From Macrostomum lignano (taxonomy: Eukaryota): DNA of 64,000 nucleotides. Below the pieces are notes generated by a model. The model did no database searches and was not told where the DNA came from. It worked only from the letters and a program-made list of their open reading frames with translations. Positions 32,620 to 44,731 of this stretch are shown piece after piece. Where the stretch lies: the NCBI GenBank assembly GCA_002269645.1, contig NIVC01000255.1:310001-374000 (forward strand). Direction: 5' to 3'. Each line of letters starts with the position of its first letter. Positions within the stretch are counted from its first letter, which is position 1. The position numbers and the translations under genes were made by a program.

Positions 32620-35222
32620 GAGGAGAGATAAGACAGGACAGTGGAGAGCAGCCGATTAAAGCGCTCAGTCTCCTCATAAATTGCCCGCATTGGCTGGTTC
32701 TTAAGCGGGTGCAGCACGTCGCCGTTGGGGAAGCGCTTAAGACAGCCATGGTAGAAGCAGTCATGAAACTGGAGTGGAGCACTGTCATAGTCTCCCGGTC
32801 GAAACCGTCCACCTTACGGCCCATGGCGAAAGCCTCGCCGCCAGAGTCGGCTGTCAGCAGACTGCCGCCAAATTCGGTTGCATTCAAATGTGCAAGCCAG
32901 CACCGCGCATTGTACGACTGCTCATCTGACCGGCGGGAAATCACCCCAAGAGTGTTTATTGGGCTCCATAAACTTTTGTGAATACTGCCATGGCCAAGCC
33001 CGCAATGGTGTTGGATTGGGCAAATGCGTCCAGTCCGCAAATGTTCTTAATCAGGCGGGTGTATTTAAGACAGCGTTCCCGCAAAATTAGAGTTTCCTGC
33101 AGGCAGTAGTCCAGGTACTCCTTGTTGAAATTAAACACTTGGCCCTCCTGCTTGGCCAGCCAGTCTGCGATGGAGTCGTGCTGCTTATTCTTCTTCCCGC
33201 CGTACATTTCAATCGAGCAGTAAGGCCCCACGTAGCCCCAGTTTTGCGGCTGGTTAAACACATGCGGGAAATTTCCTTTGGTTAGTTGGGTGCCAAAACC
33301 AAGCGCCTTTGGGATTTGCGCCAGACCAATAGGGATGAATTTGAGGCTGTCCTTGAATAAAATCTTATTGCTCTTCATGTACATTAGGCGGCTATTTTGG
33401 AAGATCACTTGCGGCTTCTTCTTGGCCAGTCCGTTGAGTAGGGCTCCGAGCAGGAGGAATGCGTCATACGCAGAGCCATTGTGTGCAATAGCAATAGCGC
33501 CCTGCTTGAACATACTAGTCAGCCAGCAGTAAAAGGCGTCAATTCAGTGCGGCCCAACTGAAACAAACTCTCGCATCCCGCAAGCACAGTCATTGTGGGA
33601 GACAGGCAGTAAAATCTCGTGCCAGATCGCGCCCCGCAATGCAATTGGCTGAGCTGTGCAACCCCCTACACGCGCAACAGCGGGGCCTAGGGAAGAGTTT
33701 GGGACACGCCTCACACGGATGTGGCTGCTGTGACCAAGTGTACCCGGTGCTGCTTGTCAGAGTCAACGTACGTCTCGAAATCTTAGTAAACTCTTAGACT
33801 CGCTAGACTCTTAAGCTTTAGGCGGGGTGACAAAGCACTCGTGGGTGGCAGTTTCATCGTACTGCTTGCAGACTGGGCACTTAACGTGACCACACTGATT
33901 CTCTGGGGCCTGGCCTACTTTTAGCTCTTCTAGATAGCCACACGTGCCGCAAACGTAGACTGAATCACAGCGAGATCTACCCGCCTTATTCTTGCGCTTG
34001 TGATTTTCTAGACACTGAGCATTATAACAATTTAGCCCGCAATCATGGCATCTCACATATACGCGGTTAGCCTTGCAGTTGGCACCTGTAGTCTTGCATG
34101 TGCTGCAGGCGTCGGCGCACTTGTGCTCGGGTTTGGTGCAGTCGTAGGCCATCTCGCACTTGGAGCAGTAGTGCATGGAGCCGAAAAACGCTGGCAACCG
34201 GGTGACCAGATTGAAGTGCTGCTCAACCAGGTGTAGGTGCAGAATCTCAGTGCCGGGCAGGTTGAAGATGCACGTGTTGGCCTCCTCTGCCCTGTACACC
34301 CGTACACCAAAATCGTGGCCAGGATGCAAGCGGTTCAGGGCCAGGATCGCCTCGGGCAGTACGTCCACCCCGAAAGGGCCGGTCTGCGAGACAGTTTGAA
34401 GAGTCTGTGTAGGGGGGGGGGGTAAGGCAATTCTTTTAGTAATCCCTGATATGTATAAAAGTATATTAGTAATCCATAAAATGGTTCTTTTAGTAATCCC
34501 TGATACTATGCATATTAGTTAAAATTCCTATCCGAAAATGGTTCTTTTAGTATTCCATGATACTGTGTAAAAATTATTTGAAATTCTCTTCAGAGTATGA
34601 TTTTTTAGTAATCCTTATGGTAAAAATTCCATGAAAATCAGTGCATAACTTATCGTGTAGAGGCCTGCTTCAATTTGGAGCTCTGTAGCTAGATTAGTCT
34701 GGGCGGACGAATTGGCCTTGATTGTTTGCCACACTTTCTTGGTGATCGCCTTGGCCACAAGTTGGAGATAGGCGCAGCCCACGACCAGAGCTCGCAGCAG
34801 GCAGCTCTTGTCCGTGTTGGTGATGCGGACATAGTGGCGCGAGAAAGCATGGCGCTCCTCCAGATGCTTGTTCTCGAGGGCGCAGCCACCTCGAGGCACC
34901 CAGGCCTTGAGCAGACGGATGGAAAAGTTGCTCGTCAGGACAGTGGCATCCGACTGCACAATCTTGTCAATGTGCTTGAACAGCAATTCCGCCGTCATGC
35001 GGGCTGCACGCACCGGAGGAGTATGCGCCGCTTTAAGCATGTTGTCGTTCTCAAACTTTGCAGCCATAAAATCATCCCCCGCCAAATCCTGCTTAAACAC
35101 CTCGAGAATACTAGCGAATGTCTCGCGTAAATCACTGTGTCGTCTAACTTCACCACATATTCAACGCCCTTTGCCCTAAACTTTGGCAGCTCCCGCTGGT
35201 TATCCAGCCGGGCCGTAAAACC
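32620..35222 (-). pseudogene. polB: Polinton/Maverick protein-primed DNA polymerase B, N-terminal, Zn-finger and exonuclease part; fragmented and 3'-truncated
   Basis: KIVQS...VPRGG...ITNTDKSCLLRALVV; Cys-rich cluster YCSKC...HKC..C..C; ExoI DFETY (~33780); ExoII AHNGSAYD; FKDSL..P..L..IPK..KGNFPHVFN..N..YVGPY; ExoIII-like YCLQET; WLAHL...GE...VDGFD. Several frameshifts are present. Confidence 0.88.
34413..34654. other. AT-rich insertion within pPolB, with internal repeats and flanked by GTGTAG direct repeats
   Basis: GTGTAG at 34407-12 and 34655-60; internal repeats of TTCTTTTAGTAATCCCTGAT. Confidence 0.5.
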
Positions 35223-36426
35223 TGCAGGGAATGAATGGGAGTGAGTCAGCCCGTGGGTCTGTCTGGAGAATGGGGGGCTAGATAACTCACCCGGTCCGGT
35301 AACAGATTCTGGCTGTACAGGCGGGGCAAATGCGTCTGAAAAAACACAAGGAGATAAAAAAAACCAGAAGAATCTGTCAATTCCTTAGACCCCTGCCCCA
35401 GCGTGTTTCCCCGCTCCCTCCAACTCTCGCAGCCGGCTCTGGAGTTTCCGCCAGCCCCTCCGTATGCAGCTGTCACAGCACTGCTAACCTCTTGTGCACG
35501 AGCCTGCAATTTTTTAACCCCCTGTCGCCGCACCCTAGCAGCAATTTCTTATCAATAACCTAATCCAACAGCAGCAGCGCTAGCCTCCCAGCAACTCTAG
35601 TCTAGACAGCGCTAAACCCTGGCAGCTCTTTGTAGCAGCACCCCTACCCGCGGCAGAATCTTATCAGTCTTTGTTTGCGCCAAGCCTCTGCTGCACCCCT
35701 CCTGCTTCGCCAATTCCCACAGACCCTGCAGCTGTTGCTGCTAACCCTGCTGAAACATGTCTAGTCCTCCCCAGCAACTCTGTCACCGCACCCCAACGAT
35801 TATCTGTTTTTGCTAAAGACCCCGCCAATTTCTTATTAACAGCATACCCCCCAGCTGAAACTTGTCCAGACAACCCCCTCGCTAACCCTTGCAGCTCGCA
35901 TTCTTTATCACCGCACCCTAGCAGCAGCTCAAGCAAGTCTTTGTTAGCCCGCGCGCAGCAGCATATCGGCGCTAGCCCTAGCAACTCTAGTCTAGTCAGC
36001 GCGAAACCCTGCAGCTGTCGCAGCAGCTCACCCCTACCAATTCTAAACGGTACCCCACCCCAGCAACCCGAAACCCGTCTAGACTGATAAACAACTGGCC
36101 AGATGTTAATTAAAACTTACCATAAAGACGCTGCCTTTTGTCAGCCAGGAAAGCAGTTGGTGCTGCGCTGCGTTTTGACATTTTTGCAAACAGAGAGCGT
36201 GAGAGAGCGGAGAGAGAAGGATTATCTCTCTATCCTTGTTCTGGGGGTTTGTATATATACTAAAGAAACCTGCTCAGCTAGCCTGTTATTGGTCAAATCG
36301 CCAGGAACCAACCAAAATCATCAAAAATCACCCCCAAAATCACCACCCACATACCTCCATCCGGGGGTATATAAGGCGCTGCACGGCTGTCAGAGAGCTC
36401 TCTGCTGCTGCTGCTACTGCTAAATC

Positions 36427-36753
36427 ATGTCTTCTATCTTTCTATACGAAAAATTTGTGGCGCGGAAGCCCACATTTGAAACCGAACACAACTTAATTGA
36501 AATTCGGCGGCTCTACACCAACGAGGCTGGGGTCGTGCTAGGCAATTTCCAGGCAGTCGAGGCTTCGCGAGGGAGGATTCGTTTGCGGCGCAATTGGCTC
36601 AACGTGGATCCAAAGTTTAATTGGCGCTACACGATTGAATTCACGCCTGAACTGTGGCGCGTGATGTTTGCCTCCCGTTTGGACAAGCTCTTCAAGCCGG
36701 CACCCGAGGCCCCACCACCTGCCAAGCGAGCCAAGACTGAGGAAAATCTGTAG
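36427..36753 (+). CDS. 108-aa protein, candidate PC4-like ssDNA-binding protein with C-terminal NLS-like motif, divergent from pPolB
   Basis: Intact ATG ORF. LIEIRRLYTNEAG and IEFTPELWRVM resemble PC4 IDIREYW.D..G and ISL.PEQW..L. It ends in PPAKRAK. Confidence 0.45.
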   Translation: MSSIFLYEKFVARKPTFETEHNLIEIRRLYTNEAGVVLGNFQAVEASRGRIRLRRNWLNVDPKFNWRYTIEFTPELWRVMFASRLDKLFKPAPEAPPPAKRAKTEENL

Positions 36754-37519
36754 GACTGCCTTGACAGCATCAAACCCTACCCTTGGGGAAATCTGTTTGA
36801 CGAGGGTTGCTAATTGAGGCATGCTGCATCCATACAACGCGAACCTGATTTTGGTAAGCTTAATTTCATATACGAGCGTATATTGCATATAATCATATAA
36901 ATTACATATAATATGTCTTTATTGAATGCTGATATTGTTTACTTTGACAGATGTTTCGAGAGCGCTGAAGAGGAGGTGGCCTACTGCCCTGGCTGAAGAT
37001 CGAGCTCGAGTTTGACTGATAAGGGAATTTCTCTTTGTACTCTATTACTCTCTGCGTGCACTGTACTTTGGCCTCGCAACACACTGAACACACTGGGGAT
37101 CCCTCAACTTGGACTCTACTTGGAGAGCTACCCTCTGGGGATCCACTAAAACTCTCATTTGGGGGCTTGGGGTGGGAGCTGAGGTAAAGTTTGACTGGAA
37201 TTTTCTTTGTATGCGGTCTGTTACTCTACCTCCACTGTACATTAGGGCGGGATCCCTTCAAGTGTTGACACCCATTTGACACCTCAACCCCGTAGCGCAC
37301 TGTACATTGGGGCGGTCTCTATTGCTCTGTTACTCCTCTCTGCCTACACTGTACTAGGGGTCCCTTGCATAAAACCTCGGGAGGAAAATAGTCAATGCTC
37401 CTCTGCGTGTGTGCAGTCTCTGCCCGCACTGTACTTGGTCTCCGCTGTCCGGTGTCCCCTTGGTCGCGGCGCTGGGGAGGAATGCCTTCATGCGGGGGCG
37501 TATCTCTTACTATTGTCCT

Positions 37520-37860
37520 GGGGCGGTAATCATAGTTTTCCTGCATTATACTTAATTTGCACCTACAGTGTGTGTATTTTAGCCTATGCACCGATATTTA
37601 CTTTGTGCCTCTATTGCGGGTTAATTTGCAAAAATGTATCGCAATATGCTTAAAATGCGCCTACATTATATCAATATATGCTATGTATTATAATTTTCCT
37701 GCATTATACTTAATTTGTACCTACATTGTGTGTATTTTAGCACCTACATAATTTGAATCTACAGTGTGTGCATATGCACCTGCATTATACTTGTATCTAC
37801 TGTGCGTATGTGTATTTTAACCTATGTTTAATTTGCCTGCATTATACTAGCATCTACAAG
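37520..37860. repeat. Diverged ~50-bp tandem repeats (CCTGCATTATACTTAATTTGCACCTACAGTGTGTG)
   Basis: About 4-5 units visible. Confidence 0.7.
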
Positions 37861-39247
37861 CACATACTACACTAATAAAGCGATACAGCTTCGGCCTCGG
37901 CTTCGGCTTCGTAGGCTTGGACGGCCGTGGCTGCCGCTTGCCACATACGAAAACAGTGTCTGCGCAAAATATGACATGGTGTGCGTGTTAGATATTACAC
38001 ATATTATTGATAGCAAGTTTTTGCGACGATATATAGAATAGAAGACGAAGACACGAAACTTACGTCACTTATGTACGTAAGTACGTAAGTACGTAAGTAA
38101 GTACGTACTTACTTAAGTACGTAAACTTACGTCACTTATGTGATTTGCGGACGGCCACGACCGTCTAGTTCTATTATGTCGTTGCTCATTCTAAATGTTT
38201 TTAATAAAAATGTATACCGTGTATTATTAGCGTTTGTGATTGTATGCGATACTGATAACACGACAAAGAGAGTAAAAGAAGAGCGAGTAAAGATTCGAAG
38301 AGAATCGGGAGAGAGAGAGAGAGAGAGAGAGAGATATAGATTGTTGTAACCCGGGTCGGTTTGGGTGCCCAGTCCCGAGTACAATATATATTATACGTAA
38401 GATACAGGCGTAGTGACGCTCTGTCTGTACTTTTATGGATACGAGCAGGCGTGACGACGCTCTGCGATAATAGTTCTATCCCTCTGGTGTTGTGACACTC
38501 AGAGTTCACGCTGCGACTCGGGGTGTGGTGACACTTTCGAGTGCTTCTAGTCTCAATACTGTAGATTGTACACACCATATAGAGTAGACGGTACAGTACT
38601 ACAAAAAGCTATATGATCTCCCGGCGTTATGACGCTCTGTCAAGAACTCAGCCTAACAAGCTCCCAGAAAAGAACGAACTCAAGCAGCAGGCGGCTTACC
38701 AGTGGCCAAATCGCCGTTCGTACGTTTATTGCTCGTAGGTCTCAAGCGCAGGTTCGCACGTTTGTTGATTGGCTCTGAGGTCTCAAGCCGGATTCTAATT
38801 TCTTCTCAATTCTCAGACTCTTTTCAAAGACTGACTTCTCAGTTGAGCTCTCGGGTTTCTGTTATCGTAGGTAGCTAATGTCGCTGTTTCTTACTCAAGT
38901 CAAGTCTCGCGCTTGCTATTTCGGAGCCCACAAAAACGAAAAGCACAAACAGAACAAACAGAGCGAAGGGCGTGAGCAAGGCCCAGAGCCGCATTAAATA
39001 ATAATCAAACCCTAGGGCAGATGGCCCCACCGGCTAAGCCCACCCAAACAAGCTACCCCAACAAAAAAGAGACTGGCCGCGCCGGCCAACCAGCCAACCA
39101 GCCCTGAGCACGGGGCAGGGGCACGGCTGGGGAGGGGCACGCGCAAAGCTCGGCCGGCGGCCAGACCCTGCCACGCCCGCCAACCCCCCCAACCAGCCCC
39201 AAAGTGCAACGCGCCCCGCCAACTGACAAGGGCGCATGCACTACAAG

Positions 39248-39249
39248 AT

Positions 39250-39327
<78 letters not shown>

Positions 39328-39330
39328 AAG
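39248..39330. repeat. (GATA)n(GACA)n microsatellite
   Basis: Direct inspection. Confidence 0.95.
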
Positions 39331-40149
39331 ACAGATTAACCGACGGGCAGATAGATAAACAGTCGGTCTGTAACGTGTAAACATTCAAATAAAAAACATT
39401 GAAATGCGTGTAATACATTCAAATGCGTTTGCATATTTAATATGCTGAGTTAAGCGAGTTTGAATATGCAGTTCAGCCAGACGATTGTGTAATTAACGAT
39501 TTCGTGCGTAATTAAAAGATTATAAAAAATATCATTAAAAGATTCAATACTTTATAGTATCGAGTCTGTTCCTCCGGTGTCTTATCAGATCCGCTGGGAC
39601 AAGATAAGGTCATCTATTGTCATATAGTCTGTTTGTGCGACATTTCCTTCGTGTTGACGATACGGCCAACGGTAAGTCGCAATCGGTTGCGATTGGTATA
39701 TCAACTGCGCCATACTCGGCATCGAATCTCTGTGCTCCACGGTAAGCCCGATGTTCACCGGTGACGGTTGTGCAATAATGCATTCAACATTGGCTCTGCC
39801 GGTGCGCGCGCTCACGACGTGTCCGATTGTCGCTGAAGTGTAAATTGTGCGATAATTTCTTGTATTAACATTTTAGTATTTTTTTAAATAATATGCTGTC
39901 TCTAATAGCAAATTGGTCAAGAAACTCATTAAGAAATGTTATTATATAGTATAGTTATATATAGTATAAGTATTAATTCATCTATCTGATAGTCGCGGTT
40001 GCCAATTTTCACATATAAAATACAGTCTATGTAATAGCACTTGGTTCAGTTTGATTATTTTATTTTATGCTATCGGTTATGTCACGTAATATCTATCATA
40101 CGTGATATTATAATATCTATCCACGTAATATCCACTGAGGAGATATTTT

Positions 40150-40412
40150 TAATCGAAGCTTTCTGACAGGACTATTACATCACGTGTGCCTATCACATAG
40201 GTTTGACAGCGGATCTGACATGCCAGAGGTGCGGTAACGATTCAGAGAACCTCCATCACGTCCTTATCGACTGTTCGGCAACGGAAGTGGACCGCCGTAC
40301 TCTCGGCATCGCGTCCTTCGCGGACCTCGAAAAGATGACAGTAGAATGCCGACAGCTCTGGCATAACTTTCTCAGGCATCGTAAAGCAATACCAATCGTT
40401 AAGCTATTATAG
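40150..40412 (+). mobile_element. 5'-truncated non-LTR retrotransposon (LINE) remnant: ORF2 C-terminal CCHC zinc knuckle plus AT-rich 3' region
   Basis: HIGLTADLTCQRCGNDSENLHHVLIDC fits the C-x2-C-x7-H-x4-C motif at the end of LINE ORF2. Confidence 0.7.
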
Positions 40413-40680
40413 CATTAGAGATTTAGCTCGTAGTATATGGTGGGTGTGTGAATATGTGAAATAGAATGAAAGGAATAGTGTATATGATTGGCTGTGTAAT
40501 TGAGCTGGTCATGTGTCACATGTTATACTATAGCATACAAATCGATGGACAATTATATTATGATAAGTATGCGTATGTGCATGTGTACATATATATAAGA
40601 CATGATTATGTTAATTATTCAAAATATTGTTTATCATTTTACTTTATAATATAATTAGTAAATATTATAAACACAATTAT

Positions 40681-40714
<34 letters not shown>

Positions 40715-41131
40715 ACTATGTATATGACTTTTACCTTTATGCCAGTATGTATAGCATAGAAAAATTTATTGAATTACTTTATCTATGACATATAAGACTT
40801 GATGCATAAGGCTTATGTTGTAGTGTAAATTTCAATCATATAAAATCATATATGCCTTTATCTGTCTATTATGGCTCTGTGTGGCCATATCAGTGAGGCA
40901 AAATATTTACGTTTAATTAAAAAAAGGATAGCTTATTCTTTGTCCAGTGTTGCAGATTGATCGCTGACACTCAGATGGAGTTTCGCGTTGACTTCGCATC
41001 TGGCAACATACTATGTATCTATGTCATTTACCTGTTGTTCTTCTATATAACTTAAAATACATGGAGAAGTGGGTATTGAGAATGGATATTGTGTATTAAA
41101 AATATATTGTGTATTAATACACCGACAAATA

Positions 41132-41696
41132 TACTCAGCAACAGCTAACCCCCCCCAACTCACGCTGTCACACGGGCACAAAAGTTAAGCAATGTCTTTA
41201 CTTCTGGTCTCAGTATCGTGTGTAGGAACCACGAGCATGCAAAAGTGCCGTGACTCGTCGTGGCATCCTGATCACCAGCCGGTTGATGAACTCTTGGGGC
41301 AGCTGCTGCCAGGCATTCAGCACCGCCAGTCGCAACTGTTCAGCATTCTGTGTGGCATCCTGCTGAACTCTTCGCTTTATAAAGTCCCGGACATGCTCGA
41401 TGGGGTTCATGTCTAGAGACTTTGACGGCAAGTTCAATGTACGAATGCCGAGCTGCTCCTTCAGCAGCTGCACGTGTGCTGTTCGATGTGGCGCAGCGTT
41501 GTCGTCTTGAAGAATGCAGTTCTGCGGGCCGCCAAAGGTTGTCGTCGCAAATGGCAGAAACTGCTGCTGTAGCAGCTCTGCATAGGTCTGCCCAGTCTTC
41601 ACAGCCTTTACACATTTCTGAGTCACCGATGGCATACAAAACTTTTGGGCCGTGTGACAGCGTGAGTTGGGGGGGGGGGTTAGCTGTTGCTGAGTA
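41132..41696 (-). mobile_element. Internally deleted Tc1/mariner element (DD34E) with ~55-bp TIRs and TA target
   Basis: TIR TACTCAGCAACAGCTAACCCCCCC..CAACTCACGCTGTCACACGG..CAAAAGTT at both ends, with TATA at each junction. The fragment reads QDDNAAPH-(34 aa D to E)-MNPIEH...MPRRVTALLHARGSYTRY. Confidence 0.92.
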
Positions 41697-42039
41697 TACA
41701 ACTTTGTTCAGTCGGCAGTCAGTGCAGCCAGCGCCGGCCACCCCCTCTATATATAAGGCACAGGTGTGTGTTTTTACCAGTGTGTTAGAAACAAGTGTGT
41801 TTTTATAGAGGTATACTAGCAATCTACGCCCCCCGTTGGGGAGCCAAAGAAATGCAATACACGTTTTTTTAATAAGCTACATGTATCCTTGAAATCTTAA
41901 AAAATCTCCTGTCAAACCTTGTAAGCCTCGACATGTCAGTAATTCCCCCCCACAAGCTTTAACATATCAACTTCCCCCTTGACATCTCAGCAATGCCCCC
42001 AATAAGCCTTGGAAATCTAAAAATATCTGTCAACCTTCT

Positions 42040-42098
42040 AACCCTAACCCTAGCCTAAGCCTAACCCTAACCCTAACCCTAACCCTAACCTAACCCTA
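42040..42098. repeat. Interstitial (CCCTAA)n telomere-like repeat (also degenerate at 42480-42530, and at 45906-45928)
   Basis: Direct inspection. Confidence 0.85.
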
Positions 42099-42919
42099 AA
42101 GCATTGAAATTTCAGTAATTCTCTCTAAGAGTCATTATAGCACTACTACAGCATTATAGCGATTCCCTGCAAGCCTCGACATCGTAGGGATTCCCAAATG
42201 AGTCTTTTAACTTCGACATGAAGCTTCTTTTATTTTTTACATTACGCTTTTTCTATCAGCGATCCCTCCCCAGAGGAGGCATCAAATAATGTAATAAAAA
42301 GTTTTCAATAAACTACATGTAGCTTCTGACTTTAGCCTTGAAATCTCATTTATACCCCCGTGAACCTTGCCATCTCAGCTATTCCCCCCGTAAGCCTTAA
42401 CATGTCAGCGATGGCCCCCATAAACCTTCTAATCTAAAAAAATCCCCTGTTATTCTGTTAACCTTGAAACCCGCTAAAATATAACCCTCAACCCACACCT
42501 GACCTAAACCTAACTTTAACCCAACCTAAAGCCTTGAAATCTCAGCAATTCTTCTCCCCTAAGCCTTGACATTTTAGTGATTCCTTCTTTAAGAATCACA
42601 GCACTATAACGATTTCCACCAAGCTTTGACATCGTAGCAATTCCCAAATGAATCTTTTAACTTCGACATGACTTTTCTTTTATGTATACGTAGTGCTACT
42701 TTTATTTTTTACATGACTCTTCTTCTATCAGCGCCCCCCCGTGGCGAGCCAACAAAGAATGCAATAAAAAATTGAGTAAAGTACATGAACTTTGAAGTAG
42801 CTTCTGACTTTTGCTTTGACATCTCAGAAACAACCCCTCCCGTAATCTCAGTTATTCTCTGAGAGCCTTTACGTCTCAGTTTTTCTCCCCAGCACAGCAT
42901 TATAGCTGCATTTAATTTT

Positions 42920-43780
42920 TACATGACACCCTTCATGTCTGACATGATGCTTCTTTTATTGTACCATGATGCTTCTTAATTTTTAAATGACACTTTCATT
43001 AGTTTTTAAATGAGGCTTCTATGATTTTTATATGACGCTTCTATGATTGTTTACATGACGCTTCTATGATTTTTACATGACGCTTCTATAATTTTTACAT
43101 GACGCTTCTATGATTGTTTACATGGCGCTTCTATGATTTTTTACATGACGCTTCTATGATTGTTTACATGACGCTTCTATGATTGTTTACATGGCGCTTC
43201 TATGATTTTTTACATGACGCTTCTATGATTGTTTACATGACGCTTCTATGATTTTTTACATGACGCTTCTATGATTGTTTACATGACGCTTCTATGATTT
43301 TTTACATGACGCTTCTATGATTGTTTACATGACGCTTCTATGATTGTTTACATGACGCTTCTATGATTGTTTACATGGCGCTTCTATGATTGTTTACATG
43401 ACGCTTCTATGATTTTTTACATGACGCTTCTATGATTTTTTACATGACGCTTCTATTATTGTTTACATGACGCTTCTATGATTGTTTACATGACGCTTCT
43501 ATGATTGTTTACATGACGCTTCTATGATTTTTTACATGACGCTTCTATGATTGTTTACATGACGCTTCTATGATTGTTTACATGGCGCTTCTATGATTGT
43601 TTACATGACGCTTCTATGATTGTTTACATGACGCTTCTATGATTTTTTACATGACGCTTCTATGATTGTTTACATGACGCTTCTATGATTTTTTACATGA
43701 CGCTTCTATGATTTTGTAAATGACGCATCTATGATTTTTATATGACGCTTTTTTCTGATATTTTACATGATGCTTCTTTT
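42920..43780. repeat. 23-bp satellite B (CATGACGCTTCTATGATTGTTTA)
   Basis: About 33 highly homogeneous units at 43010-43750. Confidence 0.95.
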
Positions 43781-44387
43781 TAAAAAGTATTTTAGTTTTC
43801 CTGACGTTGAAAAGTTTTAATTAAAAAAATTGTACTCTATGAAAATTCGAACCATCGTCGCTGCATTTAGCAGTTCAGTTTGTTCACCTCTAGGCTAGCT
43901 CTCATCGTTTTGATAACATCAAATTTTGCACTTATATAATTCAACACTTTAAAATCCAAGCATAGAGTAAATCACACGAAGCAGTTATGACATAATCAGT
44001 TTCTCAGTCAGTCAGTATCAGTTAACAATATGGTTACGCAATTTAAATCAAGTCTGGTGCTACGCTTCCACACTGCATTTTCAATTCAAGTCGGAGTTAC
44101 AATTCAGTTATGATGCAATCTATTTCAGAATCAGAATTCAACCAGTCAGTTTTTTCTCTAGCATTCTTACAATGCATTTCAAGTCGAAAAGTTTGCTTGA
44201 CCTTTGCAAAAAAGCATGTTTTTCGAATATTTAATGCCTTTAGCATCGAGAAATTTCTTAGCCACGATGCATGTACAGTCACGGGAAAATTTCTGATCGA
44301 ACAGTGCAAGTTCGAACAAAATCGGTCCAGCCATTTTTTCTCTAATCGATCACATAGACACAGACAGACCATTTTTAGTATATAGGA

Positions 44388-44731
44388 CTAGCTAATTAGA
44401 GCTGGCTGCCAGCAGCCAGAATAATTTTTTTATTGCCCCCTTTAAGTGGAGCGGAGTGAGTTTTCTTATCAGTTGGCTCTGGCGCAATCAATTAAGATTG
44501 ACTGTGAAGTTTCTCGCTGATAAAATTTGCATTGAATTCGCCCATTTAAAACTGTTTTTCGAATATTTAATCCCTTTAGCATTGAATCAGATACAAGAAA
44601 TTTTAACTGTCTTCTTTCCAGACAATTTTGCATCTTTTGGCGAAAACACGATCAAAATCGGTGAAGAATTGCAATCTGTAGAGCGTTATGGACATTCAAG
44701 CATACAAACCTTAGAGATTTAGTATATTTAG
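44388..44731 (-). mobile_element. 344-bp non-autonomous Helitron inserted at the 5' junction of the 41816-44387 element
   Basis: Minus strand A|TCTAATATACTAAATCTC ... hairpin CTGGCTGCTGGCAGCCAG ... CTAG, immediately followed by TCCTATA of the next element. Confidence 0.8.

Larger units (their letters stand above)
41816..44387 (-). mobile_element. Complete non-autonomous Helitron (relative of 14508-17787) with 23-bp satellite B, duplicated internal 3'-like blocks and telomere-like repeats
   Basis: Minus strand 5' TCCTATATACTAAAAATGG; 3' CCCCAACGGGGGGCGTAGATTGCTAG|T. Region 43830-44387 is homologous to 14508-15060. Confidence 0.85.

Noticed and set aside
34413-34654. Clean spliceosomal intron or precise TSD-flanked insertion in pPolB
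   Set aside because: Neither the GT-AG combinations I tried nor precise removal restores the frame; kept only as an unexplained insertion.
38346-38602. Solo LTR (TG...CA)
   Set aside because: No matching TSD, PBS, PPT or second copy in the window.
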